Sequence record: OR776998 | Length of the DNA: 64,000 nt | Strand: one strand, 5' to 3' | Source of the DNA: Escherichia phage YX22 | Part shown: piece by piece, positions 1-9,067 of the stretch | Layout: each line of letters begins with the position of its first letter | How positions within the stretch are numbered: position 1 is the first letter of the stretch | Position numbers and translations under genes: made by a program | Notes under the pieces: generated by a model | Told to the model about the DNA's origin: nothing | The model's input: the letters and a program-made list of their open reading frames with translations, nothing else | Database searches by the model: none

Positions 1-2
1 CA

Positions 3-311
3 GGTCAATTTATCACAGGCACCCCAGTTTATCTGACACAGCTGGCGTCAGACAAGAACTTACCATCGGAGCCGCGATTTGTCCCCCTTGGCTTGATGAC
101 AGGCCTGAAAGTTGGTCTGTATGTTGGCGTTGTGACGTTTGATAACGGCATCGAAGCGAAGGTTCTGCCATTCCAATTGAACAGCGAACAAATGCTGAAG
201 GATACGATCAGTGAACACCTGAACGCACAATGTCTGGCTTCTCTGGACAAATTGTTCGGTGTAGTAACTGATGAAGGCGAGGCCACCCCCGCCTATGTGA
301 ATCAAGATTAA
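3..311 (+). CDS. hypothetical protein, 5' end cut by window edge
   Basis: The frame of ORF 93..311 stays open back to nt 3 with no stop. It converges on the uvsW stop at 308. Confidence 0.4.
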   Translation, partial: GQFITGTPVYLTQLASDKNLPSEPRFVPLGLMTGLKVGLYVGVVTFDNGIEAKVLPFQLNSEQMLKDTISEHLNAQCLASLDKLFGVVTDEGEATPAYVNQD

Positions 312-1816
312 TCGTGATTACCCAGCGCCACCTTCATGAACTCCACAGGGTGGCGCTCTGCCAGGTAAAACTTGTAACGCTCGTGAGAGTGCCTAAGAGC
401 GTGGTTCGTGCTGGCGTTGTACGATGCATCATCCACTAAGTCCCATATCCACGCGACGTCCTTAGAGGAGTGCTGACGCATCAGACGACCCAATGTCTGT
501 ATGACGCGGATATATGACTTGCTCGGGTGTGCCAGTACAAGGTGGTGTAGCTTCTTGATCGACACTCCCTGCTGCATTGTCCCGTATGATGCCAACAGGG
601 TGATGTCCTCTCCATCCTCCATCGCTTTCTGTATGCGGCGGCGGTCTTCGATCTTTACTTCCCCGTTGATGACAAACACGTTGGGCTTGACCGCGCTCAG
701 CATATCATACACGACCATCATGTGACCATCAATACGTTCGAACATGATGGCCACGTTTCCTTTCAGATTCAGTGCCATCTTGGCGATCAGTTCGTTGCGG
801 GACTGGTGTGTGATAAGGTATTCTATTTCCTTGGAATAATCCCCGTCCAGACCAACAGCATCCGCCGGAGTGTGCTTCAGCTGGATCATCTTCACTTTGA
901 TGTCAGTGGCGTACCCGAGATTGATAAGATCGCGAGCCGTGATGATCTTATGGTACGCCCCGAAGTGAGCCACCACCTGAAGCCCGGCAACTTTGGTATT
1001 CGCCAGCGTACCTGTAACCCCCAGGCGCTGGTCGGCATAGATGCAGTTGTTTAGGATGTAAGACAGTTTCTCAGACTTGGAGGTGTGCACTTCATCCACC
1101 ACGATATCACCGAACTGGTGGAACCATTCCTTCGGCTGGTCTTGAATGCCTTGCCATGTACTGATGACGATTGGTTTGCTGATATCCTTTGTCGCGCCCT
1201 CAAAAATCAGCTGGGTGTTAACAACGGGCTTCCAATCACTGCCATGTGCATACTCTTCGAAGTTGTCGTACAGCTGAGTGACTAGGTGGATTGACGGCAC
1301 CACGATAAGCGTCTTCAGAGGACTTTCGAGAGCTTCTCTGCGCCGCCTGTAGTACCGCGCCATGACATACAGAATAAAGGACTTACCGGCACTCGTAGCC
1401 AGTTCACAGACGCATCTGGTTTGACGCATAGCCTTGGCGATGGTGTCGTACTGGTAGTCACGAGTCTCGGCATCGATATATTCGTGATTTTCGGTGCGGA
1501 TCTTTGGATGCAGACTGTCGATGAAGTCACGGATTTCTTCATCTGGGATGTCCTGAATGTACTTCAGTGCCGGATCCAGTTCAATGGTGTATCCGTTGTT
1601 CTTACAGAACTTAAATACCTCAAACAGCAGACCGATATCGATTAGACCAGATGACTTGGTAAATAGGCGGACAACCCCGTCCCATTTAGAAAAGGGGTTG
1701 GGAACGAAGTTCGGGTCTTCGAATTTGAAGTAGTCATTAAGTTCTTCCCTGATAGAAAGATCTGCGATGCAACGCATGCGGACTTCGTTAACCTTAACAA
1801 TCTGAATGTCTGCCAT
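308..1816 (-). CDS. uvsW: UvsW-type SF2 helicase
   Basis: Matches remembered T4 UvsW along its length: WDGvvRL, TSAGKS motif I, TWQ..QPKEWF..DEVH motif II, LHHLVLAH..IQTLGR. The ATG at 1816 (MADIQ) has a GGGAGA SD. The ORF-track TTG start overlaps the upstream gene. Confidence 0.85.
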   Translation of the reverse strand: MADIQIVKVNEVRMRCIADLSIREELNDYFKFEDPNFVPNPFSKWDGVVRLFTKSSGLIDIGLLFEVFKFCKNNGYTIELDPALKYIQDIPDEEIRDFIDSLHPKIRTENHEYIDAETRDYQYDTIAKAMRQTRCVCELATSAGKSFILYVMARYYRRRREALESPLKTLIVVPSIHLVTQLYDNFEEYAHGSDWKPVVNTQLIFEGATKDISKPIVISTWQGIQDQPKEWFHQFGDIVVDEVHTSKSEKLSYILNNCIYADQRLGVTGTLANTKVAGLQVVAHFGAYHKIITARDLINLGYATDIKVKMIQLKHTPADAVGLDGDYSKEIEYLITHQSRNELIAKMALNLKGNVAIMFERIDGHMMVVYDMLSAVKPNVFVINGEVKIEDRRRIQKAMEDGEDITLLASYGTMQQGVSIKKLHHLVLAHPSKSYIRVIQTLGRLMRQHSSKDVAWIWDLVDDASYNASTNHALRHSHERYKFYLAERHPVEFMKVALGNHD

Positions 1817-1841
1817 ACAAAATCTCCCAAGGATTATGGGG

Positions 1842-1848
1842 TATTTAG
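1842..1848 (-). promoter_or_regulatory. late-promoter-like core CTAAATAcccc
   Basis: The minus strand reads CTAAATACCCC about 25 nt upstream of the uvsW ATG. It belongs to an 11-member motif family. Confidence 0.45.
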
Positions 1849-2591
1849 TGATCCGGCCAGACTCCGTTTTGTTCTTTATCCATGCGATGATACAGACGAA
1901 CACGCTCAAACATCTTTGTCAGAATGTCATCACGGTTGAACTCAATGACGGTTGGTAGAGGGGAAGACTCGTTGGCGATCACGTTGATGAGGCGGGTGAT
2001 CTTGACGCCGAACATCTGCTGGAACATGACCGAATATAAGCATAGCTGGATACTGTAATCCTCGATCATGCCCCGCGTCTTCATGGTGTTCGATGTCTTG
2101 AAGTCGATGACAGCAGGTTTACCCTCATAAACCCCGATAAGGTCTACACGACCTGCAAGACCAAGCACCTCGCTATATAATGGGATCTCCTGAGCATAGA
2201 TCTTTGTCATCTTGTTCAGGTAAGGGAACAGCTGCTTGAACATGAACATGTATTCGCCAGCCGCTTCCAACACTTCTTTCATTGGGCGGTTCTTTAGATA
2301 CAGTTCACACGCAAGGTGCAGCTTCTCCCCTCGGTCAGCACAGCGCATGGTCTCAAGGTCAGCGGCCTCTGCGCCCAGCTTCTTCCTCCAAGACTCAAGC
2401 CATTCATGATCTCCAGTGCGTCCCAGCATAGTCGTGACGGATGTCAGTTTTACACCAGACGGTGAAACGTAATGACGACCATTCTCCGTCGTAACACACT
2501 CCAGTTCCTTGTAAGGAAGTTCGTATTGCTGGAATGTGTAATGACGGTTTTCGAAGTCGTTCAGCTTGCGTAGATCTTGGAGGGATGCCAT
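1845..2591 (-). CDS. PD-(D/E)XK (RecB/Cas4-like) nuclease
   Basis: GRVDLIGV...AVIDFKTS fits the D..(D/E)xK catalytic pattern. It sits next to the helicase. Confidence 0.6.
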   Translation of the reverse strand: MASLQDLRKLNDFENRHYTFQQYELPYKELECVTTENGRHYVSPSGVKLTSVTTMLGRTGDHEWLESWRKKLGAEAADLETMRCADRGEKLHLACELYLKNRPMKEVLEAAGEYMFMFKQLFPYLNKMTKIYAQEIPLYSEVLGLAGRVDLIGVYEGKPAVIDFKTSNTMKTRGMIEDYSIQLCLYSVMFQQMFGVKITRLINVIANESSPLPTVIEFNRDDILTKMFERVRLYHRMDKEQNGVWPDH

Positions 2592-2606
2592 TATGTGTGA
2601 TCCTCG

Positions 2607-3059
2607 TTATACACCATCAATATATTTTCTCCACTCAATAGCATTTTTCACTTCGTATCCCAGTTTGTTCAGGCGATCCAAACAAGTCTCTATGAACTTG
2701 ACTTTTGCTTTTTGTTCTTGTAACAGAACAGACAACTCCACATAGTCATCGTCTGCTTTGACCCATGTATCTAGGTCAGACTTCAGGGGGCGAACCTTCA
2801 GGGGGCGCTCTGCGTAGATGTTAGGGGGTAACTCCCCTGCATAGTAGCGGCGCAGATAGAGATCGATCTGGCGGAAGCGCCCGTTGAGAAATTCAAGATA
2901 ACGCCCCTCGCGCAGATAATGCCGCTGTACAGCCATCCAAGAGCGCCCGATTTTCAGTGAGATCTGGTCAAGGTTCATGTCTTCTGGGTCCACTGTGATC
3001 AGCGGCTCCAGTTCGTTCATGATGTCCTCGGTAGCCATTGTCTGTAGTTGTTCTTTCAT
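2607..3059 (-). CDS. hypothetical protein
   Basis: Clean 150-aa ORF in the minus-strand operon. No motif recognised. Confidence 0.6.
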   Translation of the reverse strand: MKEQLQTMATEDIMNELEPLITVDPEDMNLDQISLKIGRSWMAVQRHYLREGRYLEFLNGRFRQIDLYLRRYYAGELPPNIYAERPLKVRPLKSDLDTWVKADDDYVELSVLLQEQKAKVKFIETCLDRLNKLGYEVKNAIEWRKYIDGV

Positions 3060-3089
3060 AAAATATCCCAGCTTGTCAATGTCATAGAA

Positions 3090-3815
3090 TTATACCGCAT
3101 TTCGCGGATTAGAATCAATCGCCTTCCCACCAGATAGTGGAACCAGCTGTTGGAACTTGAAGGTCACTGTCGTCACCAGCTGAGGTACAGCTGCGTCTAC
3201 GTCCACCAGTACGTTGTCCAAAGCAGTCGGGCGGGCTTCCTCCAGCACGAGAGTGAGGCCAATCGGTCGGTTGAGGTTATCCAGCAATTCAATGGTAATG
3301 TCCTTGCTGACAGGCAAATCCTTGCCGACGTTGCTGGTAATCCATTGGTGGATCTGTAACCATGATTTCCAGTCCTCGTCTATAACGAAAGTAAATACGA
3401 CGGGATCATAGGTTAAACGCTCTGAAGGTATAGAAACCAACACGTCACCAGGAGACGGACCATCGATGCCTTCGGAGTACACCCCTGGTATACTGAAGTC
3501 GTGGATGTTACGGGTTAGGAGTACAAGGTCTCCGATAGTCAGACGCCACTTATCGGACGCCGCGAAATTAGGGTTTTCGTTCTTAAATTGTACGTTGGAC
3601 ATAATAGCACCTTTGCTGTGGAGATATTTTGTGACCCTGATGCGCGGGATCAGTAGATTGTTGTTGGCATGCTCGATGCTCTTGTTTACGAGCTGTCGCA
3701 TCTTTGTCACGCCAATAATTTCTGTTTCCGAACTCTGGAACCCAGAAGTGCGCACTGTACCTGTGACGTTGTCGGCCAGCGTTCCCACTTGTAACAAGGG
3801 TATGCTGGACATCAT
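3090..3815 (-). CDS. hypothetical (possibly structural) protein; start uncertain
   Basis: The minus frame looks coding up to about 3815. Alternative starts lie at 3701 and 3602 (MSNVQFKNE). The ORF-track start at 3905 would overlap the plus-strand gene. Confidence 0.5.
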   Translation of the reverse strand: MMSSIPLLQVGTLADNVTGTVRTSGFQSSETEIIGVTKMRQLVNKSIEHANNNLLIPRIRVTKYLHSKGAIMSNVQFKNENPNFAASDKWRLTIGDLVLLTRNIHDFSIPGVYSEGIDGPSPGDVLVSIPSERLTYDPVVFTFVIDEDWKSWLQIHQWITSNVGKDLPVSKDITIELLDNLNRPIGLTLVLEEARPTALDNVLVDVDAAVPQLVTTVTFKFQQLVPLSGGKAIDSNPRNAV

Positions 3816-3873
3816 CGTGCAAGAGTTCCAGCCCTTCCAGAAGCTCGTACCTTTAGGTTGCTTTGATGAGAAC

Positions 3874-4281
3874 ATGAGCACCCTCAAGCCATACTGGAAG
3901 ACCACAATTCCTCTCCTGCGGCATGGCGATGAAGGGAAGATTCCATACCTATCAGCAAGTATTTATTACTCTCAGAATAACAGCATCATTATCACTTTTA
4001 ATCCATCATTCCATGCCAAGCTGAAGCAACACATGGTTGGGCGACTGGATACAACATCAGATATAATCGTGACGTTCAAGATCATGAATGACTCAGATAA
4101 ACCAGTACGAATCGCAACTCAGGGTGTGTTCGTTAACAACGACGCGGTTGGAAATGGGATGAGTATCTTTGAAGTTAACCCAGGGGGAACGATCTTGATC
4201 AGACTGAGTAATGTGGGTGTGAACTCCCTGCTGTTGGATGGCATCGAACCAGTGGGAGTTCTTCCGGCGCGGGAGCACTGA
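3874..4281 (+). CDS. hypothetical protein on the opposite strand
   Basis: Only the C-terminal 135 aa of plus ORF 3466..4281 looks protein-like. No credible minus ORF covers 3906-4281. Its stop abuts the stop of the 4282 gene. Confidence 0.45.
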   Translation: MSTLKPYWKTTIPLLRHGDEGKIPYLSASIYYSQNNSIIITFNPSFHAKLKQHMVGRLDTTSDIIVTFKIMNDSDKPVRIATQGVFVNNDAVGNGMSIFEVNPGGTILIRLSNVGVNSLLLDGIEPVGVLPAREH

Positions 4282-5010
4282 TTACTTCAGCGCGTTCTTC
4301 AGATTATCGGAACCAATGCTGTTGATGACACCTCCGGCGCAGATATCTTTCGCCCACTCTGATATCACGTTGGCAAAAGAGAAGTTAAGACACTTACCAA
4401 CCATGTCTTGGATATGGGCTAACTCTGCTGCAATACCGTTCGTGATGTCTTGAGCAATAGAGGCTACTGATGCGACAGCAGTGTCGATGGCTTGAGTAAC
4501 TTCAGCAGCCAGTGCCCGAATAGCATCAAGACCAGCACTGACACCCTGAGCTACCAACTCAGCCAGCTCATTCATCTTGTTTGTGATAGTTGTGAGAACA
4601 CTTTGCATGGTGTTGATCCACTGTTTGCCGAGGTTCTGAATAACCCCAAATGCATTATTGATCAGATCACAGTTGTTCGGTTCTCGACCTATAGACTTCA
4701 GGGCGGACTTATACGACACAGATGTACCGATGCGGGAATATGCCTCGTTCACTGACTGGTCGCCATAGTTGTTCAAAGTAGTGATGCTGTTGTTGGCTGA
4801 GTTGAACATTGCTGTAGATTCGTTGAGTTTGGCTGTAGTCAACCCACCTGCCGTCAGCGCTTCCTGAATCTGCGCATTTCCGGTGTTAGCCAGTGACGCT
4901 GTAGTCGCCTTACCACTGGTGATTAACCCCTGTGAGGCGCTGCTGAGGGACGGGAGAGGATTGGTAAAGGCGTTGCCCTGTGATAGGGCGTCATAGATCT
5001 GTGCGTTCAT
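4282..5010 (-). CDS. hypothetical late protein
   Basis: The ATG at 5010 (MNAQIY) lies just downstream of a late-promoter motif. The longer ORF-track start runs through that promoter. Confidence 0.6.
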   Translation of the reverse strand: MNAQIYDALSQGNAFTNPLPSLSSASQGLITSGKATTASLANTGNAQIQEALTAGGLTTAKLNESTAMFNSANNSITTLNNYGDQSVNEAYSRIGTSVSYKSALKSIGREPNNCDLINNAFGVIQNLGKQWINTMQSVLTTITNKMNELAELVAQGVSAGLDAIRALAAEVTQAIDTAVASVASIAQDITNGIAAELAHIQDMVGKCLNFSFANVISEWAKDICAGGVINSIGSDNLKNALK

Positions 5011-5038
5011 AAGAAAATACCCCCATGGATGATGGGGG

Positions 5039-5045
5039 TATTTAG
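5039..5045 (-). promoter_or_regulatory. late-promoter-like core CTAAATAccccc
   Basis: The minus strand reads CTAAATACCCCCA. It forms an 11-bp inverted repeat with 5015-5025, next to the start codon. Confidence 0.55.
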
Positions 5046-5048
5046 GGA

Positions 5049-5219
5049 TCATGGTAGTTTGTAAACGAAGTTGGACCAGAACTTACGAACAAACTTCTTG
5101 ACATAAACCATTCGGTTGGCGTATTCCCCATCCTTCAGGTCATTGTAGGTCTCAATCCCTACCGCGCCCAAGAAGTACGCCGTGAAGATGTAACAGAACA
5201 GATTGATGACGACAAACAT
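5049..5219 (-). CDS. small membrane protein (56 aa)
   Basis: Below the ORF-track cutoff. GGAGA SD plus ATG at 5219. Hydrophobic N-terminus MFVVINLFCYIFTAYFLGAV. Confidence 0.45.
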   Translation of the reverse strand: MFVVINLFCYIFTAYFLGAVGIETYNDLKDGEYANRMVYVKKFVRKFWSNFVYKLP

Positions 5220-5260
5220 GATGTATCTCCGCTGTGTATACTCAAATTATTTATGATATG

Positions 5261-5683
5261 TTACAAAAGGCGCTTGGTCTTCGGCTTACCCATTAGAGTG
5301 ATATCCACAGGGAGGCCAGCTTTCTTGCAACGGTTGATCATGTCCAGGGTGCCAGTGGACGAACCATCCCACATCGCAATCGGATACACTTCCAGCTTGG
5401 TCTGCCTGACGAGATCCAATGCCTTGTCTAACATGTCCTGATTGCGTTTGTTGCCCATCCCTTTCCCATACTTTTCATAATAGCTCGGAGGTATTGGCAT
5501 AGGAGTGATATGAACATAATTGATTTCAGCCCAGTCACGGCAAATCTTGTCCACACCAGAGGCTTCACCCTCAATCAGTGTATAGACCTCATGAGGATCG
5601 AGGAGTTCGTCCAGCTTGGCGAATACCTTATCCCGCTCGGTGATTGAGCGGGAACCCGTAATGAGAACGATATACTTCTTCAT
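5261..5683 (-). CDS. DUF2493/SLOG-like Rossmann-fold protein
   Basis: The pattern MKKYIVLITGSRS...EGEASGVDKICRDWA...KRNQDML matches the DUF2493 (DprA/LOG-like) layout as I remember it. Start placed at internal M16. Confidence 0.5.
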   Translation of the reverse strand: MKKYIVLITGSRSITERDKVFAKLDELLDPHEVYTLIEGEASGVDKICRDWAEINYVHITPMPIPPSYYEKYGKGMGNKRNQDMLDKALDLVRQTKLEVYPIAMWDGSSTGTLDMINRCKKAGLPVDITLMGKPKTKRLL

Positions 5684-5688
5684 AGAAC

Positions 5689-6033
5689 TCACAGCGCCCC
5701 AAGATTGCCGATTACGTACAGGGAGCACAGAGGAGTGCCTGACGAACGCGGTTCGATCGTCATCCCGCTCAGGCGGATCAGTTCCAGTAAGCCGTCAGTG
5801 GTCTGATACGCGCGTGTCGAACCGTTCGGTCGATATAGCTCCAGCTCAGTTCGCCCTTCCTTTATTGCATTTCGAATGCGAGTGAACACGCTGTGGTCGC
5901 CGAACTTCTGTTTCAGAAGATCCAGCTTGGTGACCAGGCGGCGCGTTTTGCGTGGCTTGCGCTCACTCGGCTTTTCGAATTTGACGATGTGGGGGATCTC
6001 CACGGATTTGTTCAGTTTGGTGTCTGCTGCCAT
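5689..6033 (-). CDS. hypothetical protein
   Basis: 114-aa ORF with an AGAGGA SD. Confidence 0.6.
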   Translation of the reverse strand: MAADTKLNKSVEIPHIVKFEKPSERKPRKTRRLVTKLDLLKQKFGDHSVFTRIRNAIKEGRTELELYRPNGSTRAYQTTDGLLELIRLSGMTIEPRSSGTPLCSLYVIGNLGAL

Positions 6034-6187
6034 GGTAAAGTCCTCTATTTGTAGGGGATAGGGTATGCGGTTAACATACCCTGTTCAAAGGTTTAGAACA
6101 AATTGCTGCAATGTTACTTTGTAACGAGATTGGTGATAGTCCCTTCATTTCAGAGTCAGTGTTGTGCTGCTTATGGAATGAAGTATA

Positions 6188-6214
6188 CGGGGTTTATTGA
6201 AGAATTAAACCCCG
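6188..6214. terminator. 9-bp stem-loop between genes
   Basis: CGGGGTTTA/TAAACCCCG. The T-rich tail is on the plus side only. Two TTCAAT boxes here have no -10 element. Confidence 0.3.
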
Positions 6215-6235
6215 TTTATTGAATAAATTTAAAAT

Positions 6236-6472
6236 TTATTTGAAGCGATCAGGAAGGGTGTCGTGAACCTCGGCGCTCAGCACCAGAAACTTACCATCCG
6301 TCGTTGGGAAGCAATAGTCTTTCTTGATGTGACGCAAGTGTTCAGCTACAGCTGCCACGCAGTCATCTGTCACGTCGGTCTTCTCACCAACCCACATGCT
6401 GGTTTTGGTGTTCAACCTGCCCTGGAATATAGTACCAGTGAGAGGACTTGCGCCGATCTTTTTGATAATCAT
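6236..6472 (-). CDS. hypothetical protein
   Basis: 78-aa ORF with a GAGG SD. Confidence 0.55.
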   Translation of the reverse strand: MIIKKIGASPLTGTIFQGRLNTKTSMWVGEKTDVTDDCVAAVAEHLRHIKKDYCFPTTDGKFLVLSAEVHDTLPDRFK

Positions 6473-6480
6473 GTTTAACC

Positions 6481-6924
6481 TCAGTTGTTAATGCGGAACA
6501 GTTGTGGATAACCACCTGGATGCCCTTCTCCGGTCACGAAGACCTCGTACCGGGCACCTTTAACCAAACCGGGCAAATTGCCTGAGTCGAGTAGATATCG
6601 GATTTTATCCATAGTGTCCATCCAGGACTTAGCAGGTTCAGCTTCAGCCTCTCCACGATTGAGGACGAGTTCACCTTCAGAATAATACTTCCCGCTGTCC
6701 TTCATGTAGTACAGCTTGATATGGATATACTGAGGGGATGGAACTTCTGTCCAACCCTCATCGTTCAAATCCTGGCGATCATTGTCGAAACTCTGAAAAT
6801 CAACATCACCACATGCCAGGCGATAATCTTTGAATTTACGGAAACCTTCCACCTTGTCCCCAACGGAGCTACGGAAGAACTGTTTCTTGGCGGGACTAAT
6901 GAAAATGAAATTCTTGTTACACAT
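6481..6924 (-). CDS. hypothetical protein
   Basis: ATG at 6924 with an AGGAAGGA SD. The ORF-track start at 6945 is TTG. Confidence 0.6.
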   Translation of the reverse strand: MCNKNFIFISPAKKQFFRSSVGDKVEGFRKFKDYRLACGDVDFQSFDNDRQDLNDEGWTEVPSPQYIHIKLYYMKDSGKYYSEGELVLNRGEAEAEPAKSWMDTMDKIRYLLDSGNLPGLVKGARYEVFVTGEGHPGGYPQLFRINN

Positions 6925-6941
6925 GATATAGATCCTTCCTT

Positions 6942-7166
6942 TCAAAGAATGTTGTGTTCGTCGATATCGGACTGCGTTGCAATCTCCCAGCGGACGACAT
7001 TTTCGGTTGTGACGAAATCACGGTTCAGGTGAGAGGCTGGCACATACACCATCGTGTCGACCATGAAGTAACACTGCTCATTGTTACAAGAATCAACGTA
7101 AACCTCGATGAGGCGCACCTCGGCAACACCGGCTTTCGGCTTCTTCACGATCTTTTTCAAGTACAT
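6942..7166 (-). CDS. hypothetical protein
   Basis: ATG at 7166 (MYLKK) with a GAGGG SD, downstream of the promoter at 7196-7221. Confidence 0.55.
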   Translation of the reverse strand: MYLKKIVKKPKAGVAEVRLIEVYVDSCNNEQCYFMVDTMVYVPASHLNRDFVTTENVVRWEIATQSDIDEHNIL

Positions 7167-7195
7167 GGTACAACCCTCGGATAGTAGACGGGGCA

Positions 7196-7221
7196 ATAAT
7201 ACCTCTCACCCCGTTATTGAA
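7196..7221 (-). promoter_or_regulatory. TTCAAT-N14-TATTAT promoter-like element
   Basis: The minus strand reads TTCAATAACGGGGTGAGAGGTATTAT and points at the 7166 start. Confidence 0.5.
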
Positions 7222-7226
7222 AACTG

Positions 7227-7427
7227 TTATCCTTCTTGTTCTTCCCAACCCCATTCATCTTCCCAAGACTGGCGAGGTGTCTTGCCCGCTTCGTAGTCAT
7301 CACGCCAGGCGTCGGCGTCGGCGGCTGAACCACCCTGGCTTTTCGCGACTTTACATAATACGTCGTGCCACTCACGGAAGGTGGAGTTGGCGACTGTGGT
7401 GTTTACAGAATCTTCTTTCAGGCTCAT
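7227..7427 (-). CDS. hypothetical acidic protein
   Basis: 66-aa ORF with a GAGGA SD. Confidence 0.5.
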   Translation of the reverse strand: MSLKEDSVNTTVANSTFREWHDVLCKVAKSQGGSAADADAWRDDYEAGKTPRQSWEDEWGWEEQEG

Positions 7428-7456
7428 TGCGATTTCCTCGATTAATAGAGAGGGTA

Positions 7457-7482
7457 ATGATACCTTTCGCCCCGTTATTGAA
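7457..7482 (-). promoter_or_regulatory. TTCAAT-N14-TATCAT promoter-like element
   Basis: The minus strand reads TTCAATAACGGGGCGAAAGGTATCAT upstream of the 7427 start. Confidence 0.5.
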
Positions 7483-7490
7483 ATGTTCTT

Positions 7491-8963
7491 TTAGTTCAAG
7501 ACATATTTGATCAGTCCACAATTCCAAATCCTGACCAACCCGGCTTCGGTTGCTAATTGGCTTTCTGTTTTGCCTTCTACGTCATACCCCATGCGAGCAA
7601 ATGAACCTTTTCTGAAACCGAATTTGTGCTCACGCATAAATGTGCCAGGCTTGTGATATTTGTAGTCTGGCTTCTGTACTTCCTCTTCTACGAATCCGTG
7701 GGATAGGTAAATGTTGGACAACCTGCTTACAACACACCTATCCCCAAAGGAATAGATTTTGGTGCCGGTAAATTTTCTTCTGAAGTGTGAAAGAAGTTTA
7801 CTGAATGCCCCGTGGCAATCATTAGAGGCAAATCTGACTAATTCCAGGCCATCTTTCCTTTTAGTGAATAGCATCACGGCTTGTATGGCCCCACTCTTGT
7901 CAATTAACGACAAATGGTGGGTGGAAGAAACGGAACCTTGTATGTGGTGGTTGTCTAAAAACTCCCTCAAGCCGCTTATATTTCCCCAAACGACTTTGTG
8001 TTGGCGAGCATATGACGCAGGCGTTTTAATTCCAAGTTTAGCTTTCAGAAGAGATTTTACCACTTCCTGTTTCTCAACCCATTCATCTTCCCAGATGTGG
8101 ATCAACTGGATACCCTGAGTTTCACATATTTCAGTCTTTTCCAGGTGATAATGTTTCTCTTTAAAAACTTCTGAATGCCAGTACAGGCCATTAAATTCAA
8201 TCGCCAATTTGTGTTCAGGGCAATAGATATCCAGTTGTTTACCGGATAATATACTGTAATCAGAAACAGTGTTTACAACTCCCATTGATGTGAGAAACTC
8301 GGATATTTCCTTTTCATAAGAAGATTTCTTGTTCCTGATAGAACCATTGCTGAACAACGCACGTTTTAGTATGTTCGAATTTTTCATAGGGTTGTCAACA
8401 CCATAACGTTCTTGTAACGTTGCCAACGCCTTCTCCCTCACACCAGGTAATTGTAGTGTGGAGCAGCTTCCGTATTTGGATATATTCGAAGTCTCTATGG
8501 CTTTCCGACCAATCCCACCTTTACACATAGAAACCTGATAACATTCTTCAGAACAATATGTTCTGTAATCTTTATTATTGATGTAAAAGTTGGTTTCCTT
8601 GGAACACACCGGGCATATTTTCACGGTTCTATTGTACAGCCAAGCTGTGACTTTACAAGCCAAATCTTGTAGGGTGTTGTGGGTATTGGCGAACACTAAA
8701 AGGTCTACATTGATGTGCTTCATAAGCAGTTCAGATTTGCATTTTTGGATATCCAATTTGTTGTTCTTGGTAAACATATATTTGTAGAAAAATTGGCGAT
8801 ATGATTCCTCGTCAGACAATTCATTCACTGCTTCAAGGAAACCTTCCGGGAGGTTCTTTAGGGTGTTCGATGCGAAGGTCTTGCAAGCATCTGAACAAAA
8901 TTTCTTATCTTTCCTGGATGCTTTGAACTGTTCATGGCAGACACTACAGATTACCTGATACAT
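7491..8963 (-). CDS. free-standing homing-endonuclease-like protein (zinc ribbons + Vsr/PD-(D/E)XK-like core)
   Basis: Cys-pair ribbons CSVCHEQF..FCSDAC and CPVCSKE..YCSEEC, then LAIEFNGLYWHSE...IQLIHIWEDEW. The gene is A+T-rich and lies after the capsid gene. ATG at 8963 with a GGAGGAG SD. Confidence 0.6.
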   Translation of the reverse strand: MYQVICSVCHEQFKASRKDKKFCSDACKTFASNTLKNLPEGFLEAVNELSDEESYRQFFYKYMFTKNNKLDIQKCKSELLMKHINVDLLVFANTHNTLQDLACKVTAWLYNRTVKICPVCSKETNFYINNKDYRTYCSEECYQVSMCKGGIGRKAIETSNISKYGSCSTLQLPGVREKALATLQERYGVDNPMKNSNILKRALFSNGSIRNKKSSYEKEISEFLTSMGVVNTVSDYSILSGKQLDIYCPEHKLAIEFNGLYWHSEVFKEKHYHLEKTEICETQGIQLIHIWEDEWVEKQEVVKSLLKAKLGIKTPASYARQHKVVWGNISGLREFLDNHHIQGSVSSTHHLSLIDKSGAIQAVMLFTKRKDGLELVRFASNDCHGAFSKLLSHFRRKFTGTKIYSFGDRCVVSRLSNIYLSHGFVEEEVQKPDYKYHKPGTFMREHKFGFRKGSFARMGYDVEGKTESQLATEAGLVRIWNCGLIKYVLN

Positions 8964-8988
8964 AATTATTCTCCTCCATATGGTATCT

Positions 8989-9014
8989 AGTATAACCTGT
9001 TCGATAATATGAAC
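8989..9014 (-). promoter_or_regulatory. variant promoter-like element GTTCAT-N14-TATACT
   Basis: Sits between the capsid terminator and the endonuclease start. Confidence 0.3.
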
Positions 9015-9042
9015 AAATAAAAACCCCGCCGAAGCGGGGTTT
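9014..9042 (-). terminator. rho-independent terminator after the capsid gene
   Basis: AAACCCCGC-cgaa-GCGGGGTTT, followed on the minus strand by TTTTATTT. Confidence 0.7.
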
Positions 9043-9067
9043 GTCAGGGTTAAGGACAACTATTCGA

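Noticed and set aside
3466-3873. N-terminal 136 codons of plus ORF 3466..4281
   Set aside because: This part is antisense to the minus-strand gene and looks non-protein-like. Only 3874..4281 was kept.
6196-6223. Two TTCAAT boxes on the minus strand
   Set aside because: No TAnnAT hexamer lies at 14-15 nt from either. They form part of a hairpin.
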